A DNA stretch of 64,000 bases from an uncultured bacterium (GCA_963977015.1 CAXBMO010000001.1:544001-608000); one strand, 5' to 3'. Positions 47,511 through 57,899 are shown, counted from the stretch's first letter. The notes: generated by a model not told the origin, from the letters alone. Numbers and translations: made by a program.

Positions 47511-48086
47511 CTACGATTTTCGCTTCCTGAGATTCGCTTCGCTTTCCCGTTTCAGAGCTTTCAGCGATTTTTTCAGCGACATTCTCTTGGCGGTGCTCAT
47601 CCGGTCGATAAACAGGATGCCATTGAGGTGGTCGGTTTCGTGCTGAATGGCTCTCGCGAAGAGACCGTCGGTTTCCAATTCAAGGGTTTCCCCCTCAAGG
47701 GTCGACAAGGTTGCGCGAATGGTGCCTGGTCTTTTGATTTCCGCGCGGATCTCGGGGAACGACAGGCAGCCTTCCGTGTCGGAAATCTGCTCAGGGCCGC
47801 CGTGAATCACCGGATTGATAAAGATCAGGGGCATGATTTTCGTCAGCTCGGTTTCTTCCCCATTCACTTTCACAAAGGTTGCCGCGTCGGTTGCCTCAGA
47901 AACATCGACAACCGCCAGTTGTAAGGGAAGACCGACTTGTTGTGCCGCGAGTCCAACCCCTTCCGCGTCTTCCATCGTCTCGACCATATCCTCGGCAAGG
48001 GCACGGATGTTATCGGTGACCTCGTCAATCCTGGCACCCTTTTCCCGAAGAACGGGATCTCCAAAAAGCACAATTTCTCGAATCAT
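47511..48086 (-). CDS. def: Peptide deformylase
   Basis: GVGLAAQQVG, EGCLS, QHETDH. Confidence 0.97.
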   Translation of the reverse strand: MIREIVLFGDPVLREKGARIDEVTDNIRALAEDMVETMEDAEGVGLAAQQVGLPLQLAVVDVSEATDAATFVKVNGEETELTKIMPLIFINPVIHGGPEQISDTEGCLSFPEIRAEIKRPGTIRATLSTLEGETLELETDGLFARAIQHETDHLNGILFIDRMSTAKRMSLKKSLKALKRESEANLRKRKS

Positions 48087-48117
48087 TAGGCTAAAAAGCC
48101 GAATTTGGCGATCCTGG

Positions 48118-48534
48118 CTATTTGTGCAACAGAATCCTTGCTGGTACGTCCTTGATTGCGATTCCTGCCTGGTTAAATGCGTCCCAAACTCCCACGAGCA
48201 GCCCGAGAGGCAGTTCTTCGTCCGCTTTGAGCTCCAATTTCAGGTCGGGCTCACTCTGTTTGAGCTGAATCAGCGCAGGTGCGAGGTTTTCGAGGGCGAC
48301 GAGTTCGTCTTCAATCCAAATTTCTTCCTCCGCGGTTACGGAAATCGTCATTCGGCGTTCAACGACGGCTGCTCCCGACATTTTACTCGCTTTGGGGAGC
48401 GAGATATTCAGCATCGTCTTCTTTTGCTTAAAGGTCGTCGTTGCGATGAAGAAGATCAGCAAAATCGCCAGAATGTCGATCAGGGAAATGATCGGCACGG
48501 CGGGAAGCGAACGGCGTTTGGAGTAAATGTTCAC
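48118..48534 (-). CDS. exbD: ExbD/TolR family protein
   Basis: SLIDILAILLIFF TM helix with Asp; LKADE. Confidence 0.9.
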   Translation of the reverse strand: MNIYSKRRSLPAVPIISLIDILAILLIFFIATTTFKQKKTMLNISLPKASKMSGAAVVERRMTISVTAEEEIWIEDELVALENLAPALIQLKQSEPDLKLELKADEELPLGLLVGVWDAFNQAGIAIKDVPARILLHK

Positions 48535-49313
48535 TTTTTACCCGATGGCGGTTTGGCGTGGGAACCGAGTTTGGGTGGCGGGATCAATGGGGAGGGAATT
48601 GGCACATCGGTAAGGGGGCCGGGTTTTCCCTTGGATCGGGCAAGGCCGTTGATCACGGCACCGAGCAGGACTTCCATTCGCACGGCCATTCGCTCGATCT
48701 TCTTGTTGAAATAGCTATGGGCAATGACGACCGGCACGGCAACCGCCAGTCCGCCAATGGTGGTGTAGAGCGCTTCGGCGATTCCGGCGGCAATCAGGGC
48801 GGGATCGGGATCCTCCAACGCCTGCGAGCCTCCAAACACGCCAAATACACTGATCAATCCGGAAACGGTTCCCAGCAGCCCCAGCAAGGGAGCGATGGTG
48901 ATAATGACTTCCATTGCCGGAAGGCCGTTCTGGAGTTTCACAATCTCTTCACGCGCCGCGGCTTCCACTCCGCTTCGGATCGAGTCAGAATTCTGGTCGC
49001 GGAGCCCGAAGGCCACTGAAACGGTGCGAGCCAACGGAGATCTCTGTTTTTCGGCCTCTTTTTCCAAGCTTTTGACCGCCTCAGGTTTGCCTTCCTTGGC
49101 TTGGTTGATGAGGACGTCCATCACGTTGGGGATGGCATTGTGCCAGCGAAGCGAGAGAAAGCGATGGATGATCAATCCGGTCGCGACCAGCGAACAGAGC
49201 AAAATGAAGAGCATGAAAACCCCGCCACCCTGGACGAAGGCGCCGAGTTGATCAGCTGGCGAAGGAGGGGCTTCAGCTTGGGCGAGAATCGTAAAAACAG
49301 AAATGCGTTCCAT
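48531..49313 (-). CDS. exbB: MotA/TolQ/ExbB proton channel protein
   Basis: APLLGLLGTVSG, GIAEALYTT.GGL.VA.P. Confidence 0.92.
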   Translation of the reverse strand: MERISVFTILAQAEAPPSPADQLGAFVQGGGVFMLFILLCSLVATGLIIHRFLSLRWHNAIPNVMDVLINQAKEGKPEAVKSLEKEAEKQRSPLARTVSVAFGLRDQNSDSIRSGVEAAAREEIVKLQNGLPAMEVIITIAPLLGLLGTVSGLISVFGVFGGSQALEDPDPALIAAGIAEALYTTIGGLAVAVPVVIAHSYFNKKIERMAVRMEVLLGAVINGLARSKGKPGPLTDVPIPSPLIPPPKLGSHAKPPSGKK

Positions 49314-49409
49314 AAAGTGGGGATCGAGTAGCGGGGAGTTCCCATTCCTTGGAGTGATCAGAGTGCGATTTCAATCACTTCAAAGTTGCCTTTTTCGAAA
49401 GGGGCCGAG

Positions 49410-50771
49410 CTAGTAGATGATGATGTCGTAGGTTACTTCGAGCGGTTGGCCGCCTAGCAGGGTGATGATTTCTTCGGGCATGGGAGGAATATCGGCCTCG
49501 ATGAGAGCCTGCATCGTAAAGTCGGTCAGGCGCGAATTTGCGTCCTGATGAACCAGATTGATCTGGGAAGGGGCAACGTTTCCGTTGCGATCGACGAGAA
49601 AGCTGATTTTTAGGCTTCCAAAGGTGACGAAGGTCGCGTTTTGCACGCGAAGGGCATGCCAGCGGCGCTCAATCGCCATACTGACGCGCTTTTTGTATTC
49701 CCCAAGCGGGGTCTTTTCGGCATCGACAGCTGCGGTTCGGCCCAGATTGTCGATCGAACCCGACATCTTGTTTTTGATCCGTTCCGGGCTGAAGGCGATC
49801 GAGTCGGCGTCTCCGTTGGTTTGCGTGGTTGGCTGCATTCCGGGTTGGATGGGGACTGCTGCGATCACGGGTTTGGCGATCGGGGTTGGGACGATGGGGG
49901 CATTGGGCCTTGGTGCCGGCGCCTGGAGCATGGGATTGACCGGATCCACGATTTCAGGATTCCGTTCCGGCATCGCATCTTCCACATCCTCCGTCATCGG
50001 CATATTTTCGTCGACAATTTGAAGTTCGTCCGAAAACGCTGACTTGGTTTTCTCCAAGTCGACTTTGGCCATCTCCATGTTCGTTGCCGCTCCGCCTGCT
50101 TCTCCGGGTTGCAGATCGGTGACCTGAGCATCTTTGGTCTCGGATTCCGCGGAGTTTTCCTGATAATCCGTCTGATTGGGATCCATGACCTCGGATTCCT
50201 CCGGGGCGGCTTTTGCGGGCTTCAGATCCGCCATCAATTTGGGATTTTTGCTCTCCTCCTGGGGGATCTTCAGTTGATCCGATGGTTGGGCGGGCATTCC
50301 CGCAGGTGCGGCGGCCGAGTCCGGAATTTCGCCTTCGGGCCCGTCGACAAATTGATGATCCTGCAAATCAATGACGGGAATGGGAGCCTCCTTGCCATCC
50401 TGTGTCGGGGTGAGCTGGTCCGATTTTTCGCTGGGCAGCATTTCAGTCGCCGCCAGGGTATTGCGATCGCTTTCGAACTGCGGCTTGAGCGGGGCGACGC
50501 TGCTTTCCTGATTGGCGTAGGTGTCAATATAGGGGGCTGGTCCCTTTTCTTCGCTGGGAACTTCAATAACGTCAGGAATCAGTTCCTCCAACTTGATGAC
50601 GACTTCGTTGGGTTCGGCCTTTTCCGAGCTCTTGCGGGTTTGGATCTGCCAGAGCAAAAACCAGCCGATCGCATACAACACGGCGAAATTCACCAGCAGC
50701 GATCCAATGATCGCCACCAGCGTCTTCAAAGCATCGCTGTCGAAAGCGGTTTGTTTGTCGGCTGCTGTCAT
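49410..50771 (-). CDS. TonB/TolA-like energy transducer
   Basis: N-terminal TM helix, long acidic/Pro-rich linker, TonB-C-like domain (Y...I..RW...F.VDRNG); upstream of exbBD. Confidence 0.7.
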   Translation of the reverse strand: MTAADKQTAFDSDALKTLVAIIGSLLVNFAVLYAIGWFLLWQIQTRKSSEKAEPNEVVIKLEELIPDVIEVPSEEKGPAPYIDTYANQESSVAPLKPQFESDRNTLAATEMLPSEKSDQLTPTQDGKEAPIPVIDLQDHQFVDGPEGEIPDSAAAPAGMPAQPSDQLKIPQEESKNPKLMADLKPAKAAPEESEVMDPNQTDYQENSAESETKDAQVTDLQPGEAGGAATNMEMAKVDLEKTKSAFSDELQIVDENMPMTEDVEDAMPERNPEIVDPVNPMLQAPAPRPNAPIVPTPIAKPVIAAVPIQPGMQPTTQTNGDADSIAFSPERIKNKMSGSIDNLGRTAAVDAEKTPLGEYKKRVSMAIERRWHALRVQNATFVTFGSLKISFLVDRNGNVAPSQINLVHQDANSRLTDFTMQALIEADIPPMPEEIITLLGGQPLEVTYDIIIY

Positions 50772-50967
50772 GCACCCTCCCGAAGGCAGAATCGTGGTCG
50801 TCTGAATGAGTAGACGCCTTACAGCGTCTCGCTATTTAGTTAAGGGAGGTTTGGCTTTTTCGCTAGCAGAACTACTAATTAGGAGCGAAAAAGGCCCACA
50901 TCTGCAAGTTTGCGATACCATCGGCTATCCCCGTAGAATAGTCAGTCAAAAAGAAGTCACCCATGCT

Positions 50968-51963
50968 ATGAAGAATGTAGTCGTTTTAGGAGCCGGCAGT
51001 TTTGGAACCGCCTTAGCCGCGGTCGTTGCCGAGCGTGGGCTGAACGTTTCCCTCTGGGGACGGGATCCAGAGGTTGTCCGCGGAATCAATGAGCACCATC
51101 GCAATGACAACTACCTTTCCGACATCGAGTTGCCCGAACGGATCAAGGCGACGACCGATCTCGCCTGTTGTGAGGATGCCGATTTGTTGATTGTTGCGAT
51201 CCCATCGAAATTCTTTCGGCAAGTTTGTGAGGATGCTGCTCAGTACGGAATTCCACCCCATTGCGTGACGCTTTCCGCGACCAAGGGGATCGAGCTATCC
51301 AGTGGGAAGCGGATGACGGAGCTGCTTCGCGAGATCTTCCCGGAGAATGTCGCGGCGGTGGTTTCCGGCCCGTCTCACGCCGAGGAACTCGCTCGAAAGC
51401 TGCCCACGGCGTTGGTTGTGGGGTGTGCGGATGAGGCGATTGCAAAGCAGCTGCAAGGGCTCCTCACTCAACCGTTTCTCCGAAGCTACACTTCGAACGA
51501 CGTCGTCGGAATCGAGTTCGGCGGTACGGTGAAGAACATTGCGGCCATCGCCGGCGGAATCGTGGAAGGGCTCGGGCTGGGCGACAATGCGAAGGCGGCA
51601 TTGGTGACCCGTGGTCTGGCGGAAATGGTTCGTCTGGGCGTGGCCAAAGGGGCCAACCCGGAAACGTTTATGGGACTCAGCGGAGTCGGTGATCTGATGG
51701 TGACCTGCTTTAGCGATTATAGCCGGAATACCCGGGTTGGCAGATTGCTCGGCAAAGGCAGCAGCCTTGCAGAGATTCAGAGCCAAACCAACATGATTGC
51801 AGAAGGCGTTCCGAATACGGAGAGCGTTTATCAATTCGCTCAGAAGAACGGAATTCGGGCTCCCATCACCGAGATGCTTCACGCGGTTCTCAACAACCAA
51901 GTCTCTCCGAAGGATGCGGCACAGCAACTCTTCGCCCGAAGTCCACGTTCCGAGACGGATTAA
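50968..51963 (+). CDS. gpsA: NAD(P)H-dependent glycerol-3-phosphate dehydrogenase
   Basis: GAGSFGTALA, TKGIE, SGPSHA, KN..AI..G, GDLMVTC.S..SRN. Confidence 0.97.
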   Translation: MKNVVVLGAGSFGTALAAVVAERGLNVSLWGRDPEVVRGINEHHRNDNYLSDIELPERIKATTDLACCEDADLLIVAIPSKFFRQVCEDAAQYGIPPHCVTLSATKGIELSSGKRMTELLREIFPENVAAVVSGPSHAEELARKLPTALVVGCADEAIAKQLQGLLTQPFLRSYTSNDVVGIEFGGTVKNIAAIAGGIVEGLGLGDNAKAALVTRGLAEMVRLGVAKGANPETFMGLSGVGDLMVTCFSDYSRNTRVGRLLGKGSSLAEIQSQTNMIAEGVPNTESVYQFAQKNGIRAPITEMLHAVLNNQVSPKDAAQQLFARSPRSETD

Positions 51964-51984
51964 CCTTCCGGCGCGAGAACAGAC

Positions 51985-52689
51985 CTAAAATTCAATCGTG
52001 AGGTTTCCCTCATCGATTTTCACCCGGGTGACGTCCTCGTCGGAAAGAACGGCTTGCTCACGGGTGCAGGCCTGGGCGATTCGAAAGAACGGGGCCATGA
52101 TGGGACGGAACATCGCTCCACTGAAGGAGAACCGCCCGACGCTGCTGGATTTGCATTCCCTCACATACTTCCCATCGGAAAGGTAGTAATCCCAACTGGA
52201 TGCAATGGTGAACGGAAGACCGAAAACCTTGCGTTCCACGAAGATCGTCGCTTCGTTCTTCTTAAAATCCAGATAAACGCCGTTCATCTTCACGAATGAG
52301 CCGAAGGCTCCTCGCTGCTTCGCATTCAGGCGCTGATTGAGATAGGTGTTCACCTCTTCTTCGCTGAAAGAAACGGAACCCTCATCCTTCACCAGCTGAT
52401 CCTCAGCGATTTTCAGGAGATTCTTGGGAGGGTTGGGTGCCTTCGAATCCGAGTAGGGATATCCACCAACGTGACTCAGATCCCGCGGTAAAAAGATAAA
52501 AACGACAAACCCCAAAAGCGCTGCGGTGATCAAAAACATGATCACGCCTCCGATTCCGAAGCCTTCGCCCGGCATGGCCGGAGGTTTTGGTGGTTTCGGC
52601 TCCCCGGCTGCCGCTACACTTCCGGGAGGAGCCGACTTGGCGACCTTTTTCTTCCGGACTTTTTTCTTTACTGCGATCTTCTTTGCCAT
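51985..52689 (-). CDS. Hypothetical membrane-anchored protein
   Basis: Lys-rich N-terminus, one TM helix, AGG-type RBS. Confidence 0.7.
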   Translation of the reverse strand: MAKKIAVKKKVRKKKVAKSAPPGSVAAAGEPKPPKPPAMPGEGFGIGGVIMFLITAALLGFVVFIFLPRDLSHVGGYPYSDSKAPNPPKNLLKIAEDQLVKDEGSVSFSEEEVNTYLNQRLNAKQRGAFGSFVKMNGVYLDFKKNEATIFVERKVFGLPFTIASSWDYYLSDGKYVRECKSSSVGRFSFSGAMFRPIMAPFFRIAQACTREQAVLSDEDVTRVKIDEGNLTIEF

Positions 52690-52760
52690 GCTTCAGGAGG
52701 GGGCGTTTCTTTGAACGCCTCTAGAACTATAGAAATCGCGACACAATTCAAGCCAACGCT

Positions 52761-53084
52761 TTAGTCTTTCGAACTGGTCGTCTTCGGTTTCTTGGACGGC
52801 TTATCAGTTTTTGACTTCGAAGAGGAGTCTTTTTTCGAGGAATCACTCGCCGGCTTGCTGGCAGACTCGGCTTCCTTGGCTCCCTTCTTGTAGGATTCGC
52901 TCCGGTAATCCGTTTCGTAGAATCCCGATCCCTTGAAGATCAGCCCTGCGCCAGTTCCCAGCAATCGCTCCACTTTGCCGCCACATTCTTTATCTGGGCA
53001 TTTCGAGAGTTTCCGAGCCTTCATCGATTGAAAGATCTCGAACACATTATCGCATTTGTGGCACTTGTATTCGTAGGTTGGCAT
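52761..53084 (-). CDS. FmdB family zinc-ribbon protein
   Basis: MPTYEYKCHKC...CPDKEC...FKGSGFYETDY; Ser/Lys-rich tail. Confidence 0.92.
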   Translation of the reverse strand: MPTYEYKCHKCDNVFEIFQSMKARKLSKCPDKECGGKVERLLGTGAGLIFKGSGFYETDYRSESYKKGAKEAESASKPASDSSKKDSSSKSKTDKPSKKPKTTSSKD

Positions 53085-53128
53085 AGTTTTACGGCAGACA
53101 ACGCTGCGCCGAACTGTGTTCATTTCGT

Positions 53129-53158
53129 GACCATTCGCAACTGCTATTGCGAATGGTC
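53129..53158 (-). terminator. Stem-loop immediately after the menD stop
   Basis: Perfect 12-bp stem GACCATTCGCAA-ctgcta-TTGCGAATGGTC; no clear U tract. Confidence 0.45.
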
Positions 53159-53160
53159 GG

Positions 53161-54708
53161 TTAGAGTTGCTTGAATTCCTTCCAGAATTGTTCGGTCTGG
53201 GCCGAATCCGGGTGAATCTCCAAAACGACTTCCTTGGGCAATCGAGCCGGAAACGAATTCGATTCGATCGACCGGTGGCTCAGTCCCCACATTTTCGCCC
53301 AATGCTCCAATTGGATCTCGTGCGTGTTTTCGGTAATGCGTTTTGTGGATTCCGGCAATTCACCGAGAACCGGCAACCGGGAAAAAATCTTCCCGCCGCC
53401 ATTGTTGATGACCACGAATCGCCGCTTTTTGGCGGGGAGTTCCCGCAGAATCCACGGTGCGGCAAGGTCATAGAGGGTCGTCAAATCGCCGAAAATTCCC
53501 CATGATTCGGCAGCATTGGCGGTAAGCCCCAAAAACGTGGACACGTTTCCGTCGATGCCGTTTGCGCCGCGATTCGCCCAGACCCCGAATTGCCGGTTCT
53601 CAAATGTCGCCGCGAGGTTCCATTCTCGAATCGGGAGGCTGTTGCCCAGAAAAAGGCTCGATTTGGCGGGGATTCGCTCGGACAGGCTTCGCATCAGGCT
53701 CGGTTCGCTCTCGGGGAACTCGTTCAAGAGTGATTCAAATCCGGCGATGCGTTTCCGGTCCGTTTTGAGGATCTCCCTCGGGGATGGGGTTCCCTCAAAG
53801 CAAAGCGACCGAAGCGATTCAAACATGACGCTTTTTCGCGCCAATCCGGTAAAACCCCGGCTGAGAACGGAGATGACCTGAATGCCGGGCAGGTTCTCCA
53901 AATCGCGCCAGAATCGGCAACTGGGGACTCCGCCGATCCGTAAAACCGTGCTTGGCGGGCTGGTGGAAAGGATGGATTCCCCGGATTGCAGCATGAGCGC
54001 GTTCAAGTCGGGAGCTTCCCGCAGGCAACTGGTCGCGTCGGCGAGGATGGGAGATCCCAATTCCGCCAAAAATTCGCGGACAGCCTGCCGGTCCCTGCGG
54101 CGAACCGCCCCCAACAACACCAGATCGGGCGCGAAAGGGAATTTCGTGTGGCGGGACTTTGAGGCCGGCTCGACAAGCGGTTTCGGAGTTGGCGATTTCC
54201 CCGGGGCCGGGCTTTTCTCGTCCCCGGAAGTCAGGAGCGGATCATCGAAGCAGATATTGAGGTGTGCCGGTCCCCATCCATCCCATCGCGTCAGGTCAAA
54301 TCGATCGTCCTGCACATCCCAACTGTCCCGCGCATACATGCAGAAGATGCCGGCTTGTTCGATCGCCTGAGGCGCTCCGGAATTTCGAAAGGCCTTTGGG
54401 CGATCCCCCGTAATGCAGAGGAGCGGGGCGCGAAGATACGTCGCCTCGATGACAGCAGGGAGAAGCTCCGCAACCGCCGTTCCCGAAGTCGTGATGACGG
54501 CAACGGGTGCTTCCGAATCGCGACAACGTCCCAAGGCAAAAAACGCCGCGCTCCGTTCCTCGAAAAACGACCAAACCTGAACGTCGTGGCGCAAGACTTC
54601 CAAAACGAGCGGGCTGTTTCGCGATCCCGCACAAACCACAAATTCGCTAATCCCGATTTCCAGACACCGCTGGATCGTGATTTCGGCTAGGCTCTCGCTT
54701 GGGGACAT
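53161..54708 (-). CDS. menD: SEPHCHC synthase MenD
   Basis: GSRNSPL, ERSAAFFALG, TSGTAVAELLPAVIEA, NRGANGIDG, NNGGG.IF. Confidence 0.95.
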   Translation of the reverse strand: MSPSESLAEITIQRCLEIGISEFVVCAGSRNSPLVLEVLRHDVQVWSFFEERSAAFFALGRCRDSEAPVAVITTSGTAVAELLPAVIEATYLRAPLLCITGDRPKAFRNSGAPQAIEQAGIFCMYARDSWDVQDDRFDLTRWDGWGPAHLNICFDDPLLTSGDEKSPAPGKSPTPKPLVEPASKSRHTKFPFAPDLVLLGAVRRRDRQAVREFLAELGSPILADATSCLREAPDLNALMLQSGESILSTSPPSTVLRIGGVPSCRFWRDLENLPGIQVISVLSRGFTGLARKSVMFESLRSLCFEGTPSPREILKTDRKRIAGFESLLNEFPESEPSLMRSLSERIPAKSSLFLGNSLPIREWNLAATFENRQFGVWANRGANGIDGNVSTFLGLTANAAESWGIFGDLTTLYDLAAPWILRELPAKKRRFVVINNGGGKIFSRLPVLGELPESTKRITENTHEIQLEHWAKMWGLSHRSIESNSFPARLPKEVVLEIHPDSAQTEQFWKEFKQL

Positions 54709-54815
54709 CTTGGCTCCCTTCGCCCTACCTTTTGTCCGATGCAACCAATTAGCCGACTCGACAGGTTGCCTTCTCAAGTCCAGATTCCGCGATGGGATCA
54801 CCCGCCAATTTGAGG

Positions 54816-55667
54816 ATGAAAGTCCGGAATTTTGATTTGGCTGAAACGCTCGATTCCGGCCAGGTCTTTCACTGGTTGGAAACGGCGAATGGCAGCTTCG
54901 TCGGCTGCATCGGCGATGTTCCGGTCAGCCTTCGGCAGGATGGCGAAACCCTGACCGCTTCAGGTGCGCTGGAGAAACAAGCGATTCAACATTATCTGCG
55001 GCTCGATCCAACGCATGATGACGCGATCGCCTCCTTGTCCGCGAATGACGAGCCGTTACAGGAGGCGATGTCCTTCTGCTCGGGCCTGCGGATTCTTCGT
55101 CAACCCGCCTGGGAGTGTCTGGCGACGTTCATCACCTCTTCGCTCAAGCAGGTGGCCCATATTCGGCAGATTTCCCTGGAGCTGCGAAGACGGTTTGGTG
55201 TTCGTCAATCGATCGATGGCCACGAGGTCTTTGCCTACCCAACTCCGCAGGCACTCTCCGATGCCGGGGAGGCGGAGTTGAGAACGTGCGGATTGGGCTA
55301 CCGGGCGAAAAGCCTTCATCTCGCGGCCGAATCGATCGCCAGCGGAGCGACCGATCTGGAAGCGGCCCGGACGCTTGGAAACGAAGAGGCGAAAGCCTTC
55401 CTCTGCCAATTGCACGGCGTCGGCCCCAAAATCGCGGACTGCGCTTTGCTCTTCGGGTTTGATCGTCTCAGCGCGTTTCCCGTCGATGTCTGGATCGAGC
55501 GCATTTTGCGGGAACGCTACTTTCCACGGCGTCGGAAGCCGCTCTCCAAGAAAGAGTTGGAGAAATGGGCGCTCAAGCATTTTGGCGACTACGGAGGCCT
55601 GGCGCAGCAGTTCCTGTTTCACTTCGCCCGCAAAGGCCCGAAGTCGCCGGAGAAAACCAAGGGCTAG
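54816..55667 (+). CDS. 8-oxoguanine DNA glycosylase (OGG_N plus HhH-GPD)
   Basis: TLDSGQVFHW, GLGYRAK, LHGVGPKIADC, FPVDVWI. Confidence 0.92.
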   Translation: MKVRNFDLAETLDSGQVFHWLETANGSFVGCIGDVPVSLRQDGETLTASGALEKQAIQHYLRLDPTHDDAIASLSANDEPLQEAMSFCSGLRILRQPAWECLATFITSSLKQVAHIRQISLELRRRFGVRQSIDGHEVFAYPTPQALSDAGEAELRTCGLGYRAKSLHLAAESIASGATDLEAARTLGNEEAKAFLCQLHGVGPKIADCALLFGFDRLSAFPVDVWIERILRERYFPRRRKPLSKKELEKWALKHFGDYGGLAQQFLFHFARKGPKSPEKTKG

Positions 55668-55668
55668 C

Positions 55669-56301
55669 CTAACTTTCGGGCGCCATCTCGACCTGCGTTT
55701 TGATGCCCAACAGGCACTTGGGCAGATTTTTCGCCATCCCTTTGCGAACCAGGCCCTGGGGGACGAATCTGCCGGGATCAACGTGGAGGGAGTAAATCAA
55801 AAGTGTTTTCGTGTTTTCCTCCACGGGAACAAACTGCCACGAGCCTCGAATATCGCGCAAATCCCCGCTCACCCGCTCAAAATCCACTCGCTCGAACGGT
55901 CTCATCACGTGCTTCACGATGTAGGTAAAGGTGCCGGGGAGTCCGTTCATCTTCATTTCCTGCTCCACCATCATGTGGGCCGCGCCTTTGCCAACAATTC
56001 GGCAGCGAACCAGAGATTGGACATAGTCTGGAGCGGCTTCCTTGTCATTGATCAGGTTCCAAACGTTTTCGACCGGTGAGTTGATCAGGATCGCTCCGGT
56101 CGGATAAAAGGCCGGATTCCCACGATCCTGTTTGCTGACCTTCTCATTCACATCGACGAGCAGAACGACTTCGCCCTGCTCCAGCATTTTCCAATCCGCG
56201 TCATCTTTAACGATGTCTCTCGCGGTGGGGGGATTTTCAGTTTGAGCGGTTAAACTCGAACCCAAGGCACAGAGGCCCAAACCGACGACAATACTCTTCA
56301 T
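55669..56301 (-). CDS. Secreted SRPBCC/START (polyketide cyclase-like) protein
   Basis: Signal peptide; INSPVENVW.LI.D, GDLRDIRGSW. Confidence 0.75.
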   Translation of the reverse strand: MKSIVVGLGLCALGSSLTAQTENPPTARDIVKDDADWKMLEQGEVVLLVDVNEKVSKQDRGNPAFYPTGAILINSPVENVWNLINDKEAAPDYVQSLVRCRIVGKGAAHMMVEQEMKMNGLPGTFTYIVKHVMRPFERVDFERVSGDLRDIRGSWQFVPVEENTKTLLIYSLHVDPGRFVPQGLVRKGMAKNLPKCLLGIKTQVEMAPES

Positions 56302-56564
56302 GAGAGCTTAGACGCTCGTTCCGTCTCAAATTGGAAAAAAGTTTGAGACTCGCTGGGGTTTTCCTGACGAAAATCTAAAAAAGCGCTGCGGGATCGGCGT
56401 TGATGTGCCCGACGAATCATCTGTTGGCGCATTTGGCGAAGGCGTTTCTGCTGTTTGGCGCGCTTGGAGTCATTCTGCGACCAACCGTTATCAACGGTTT
56501 GGCAACTGGTCATGCAGGAGGAGATTCCAACAATGGCGATGAGGGAAAGAACGGTTCGAATCAT
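56298..56564 (-). CDS. Small hypothetical lipoprotein
   Basis: MIRTVLSLIAIVGISSC lipobox-like sequence; ATGA overlap with the next gene. Confidence 0.5.
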   Translation of the reverse strand: MIRTVLSLIAIVGISSCMTSCQTVDNGWSQNDSKRAKQQKRLRQMRQQMIRRAHQRRSRSAFLDFRQENPSESQTFFQFETERASKLS

Positions 56565-56714
56565 GATGTTGGGGAGTTTCGAGCGGCCCAAATCGGGCGC
56601 GGTGGGCAGCATCGCCGCAATCGAACGGGTTTTCCTGCAAAATTTTGGAGCGCTGATGGGGAAGTTTGGCAGGCAATTGATTTACGGATTGCAGAATGCT
56701 GCTTATTTCAAGTT

Positions 56715-57386
56715 ATGAGCAACTCATTCGACCAGCGTGTCATTTGCCCAAGTTTACTGGCTGCTGACTGGAGCCGAGTTCGTGAAGAAGTCGTCCGCGC
56801 CGAAAAAGCGGGTGGCGACTGGCTTCATCTCGATGTGATGGATGGCCACTTCGTCGACAACATTTCGTTCGGCCCCAACTTCGTGAAGCACGTTCGGGAT
56901 TGCACCGAGTTACCGCTGGACGTGCATCTCATGATTGATCGCCCCGATCACTACTTTCCCCGCTTCGTCAAAGCCGGCGCCAACAACATCACGGTTCATG
57001 TCGAGGCGCAGCATGATGTCGCGGATACGTTGAAGAAGATTCGCGAGGCTGGCTGCACCTGTGGACTGGCTCTGAATCCCGCCACGGACTTCGCGGATGT
57101 GGTTCCGTTTCTCGATCAGATTGATCTGCTTCTCGTGATGACCGTCGTTCCCGGCTTTGGCGGTCAGGTTTTCATGGAGGCGGAAACCATGCCCAAAATC
57201 GATGCCGCCGTTGCGGAGCGAACCGCCAGAGGTCTGGACTTCCACATTGAAGTGGATGGAGGAATCGACGGCGAAACCGTTCACATTGCCGCGAAACACG
57301 GTGCCAACGTCATGGTCGCCGGAACGTCCCTGTTCGGGGCGCACGACATGGCCAATGCGGTCGACCGGCAGCGCGAACAGCGGTGA
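56715..57386 (+). CDS. rpe: Ribulose-phosphate 3-epimerase
   Basis: PSLLAAD, HLDVMDGHFV, DVHLMI, MTVVPGFGGQ, EVDGG. Confidence 0.97.
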   Translation: MSNSFDQRVICPSLLAADWSRVREEVVRAEKAGGDWLHLDVMDGHFVDNISFGPNFVKHVRDCTELPLDVHLMIDRPDHYFPRFVKAGANNITVHVEAQHDVADTLKKIREAGCTCGLALNPATDFADVVPFLDQIDLLLVMTVVPGFGGQVFMEAETMPKIDAAVAERTARGLDFHIEVDGGIDGETVHIAAKHGANVMVAGTSLFGAHDMANAVDRQREQR

Positions 57387-57400
57387 AAGCCGCTTGACGT

Positions 57401-57598
57401 TTGGGCATGGACTGGCGCAAGAAATTGGCCGAAAAAGAGGGCGTCCCGCCGTTTTCGATCTTTCACAACGCCACCTTGGTCGCGATTGCGGAGAAGCGGC
57501 CCAAGGATGCGACGGCCTTGCGGGAGATTGAAAAAGTGGGCGCGGACATGGCGGAGCGCTTTGGGAAAGATGTGATGGAGATTTTGGAAGCGGCGTAG
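57401..57598 (+). pseudogene. HRDC-domain fragment (DGR accessory-like or RecQ-like)
   Basis: WRKKLAEKEGVPPFSIFHNATLVAIA..RP....L.EIEKVG....RFG is the HRDC pattern. Confidence 0.8.
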
Positions 57599-57625
57599 GA
57601 ACGGGATGCCACGGTGCTGAACGCG

Positions 57626-57713
57626 TAAAACGGGACATCGGCCCGTTCCTGCGCAGACTCCCGCCGATTGACCGGCACGTCGTCCGCAGGAACGGGCCGG
57701 TGTCCCGTTTTAC
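57626..57713. repeat. 29-bp inverted repeat (REP doublet-like hairpin)
   Basis: GTAAAACGGGACATCGGCCCGTTCCTGCG ... CGCAGGAACGGGCCGGTGTCCCGTTTTAC, one mismatch (a G-U pair in RNA). Confidence 0.85.
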
Positions 57714-57899
57714 ATGAAACGCATTGGCAACCTCTTCGAGCCGATCCTGTTCTGGCAGAACCTGGAGCACGCGTTGCGCCGCGCCTTGCGCGGGAAACGC
57801 TCCCGCGATGACGCCCAAACGTTTTCCGCGGGGATGCCGGATAGCCTGGAGGAAGTCGGCGAGCGGCTGCGTTCCAGGAGCGGACCGGTGGTAGGTTGA
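57714..57899 (+). pseudogene. Truncated N-terminus of a DGR-type reverse transcriptase
   Basis: MKRIGNLFEPI..WQNL..A.RRA.RGKR resembles the RT0/N-terminal region of DGR RTs; stops after 61 aa with no catalytic YxDD. Confidence 0.72.
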
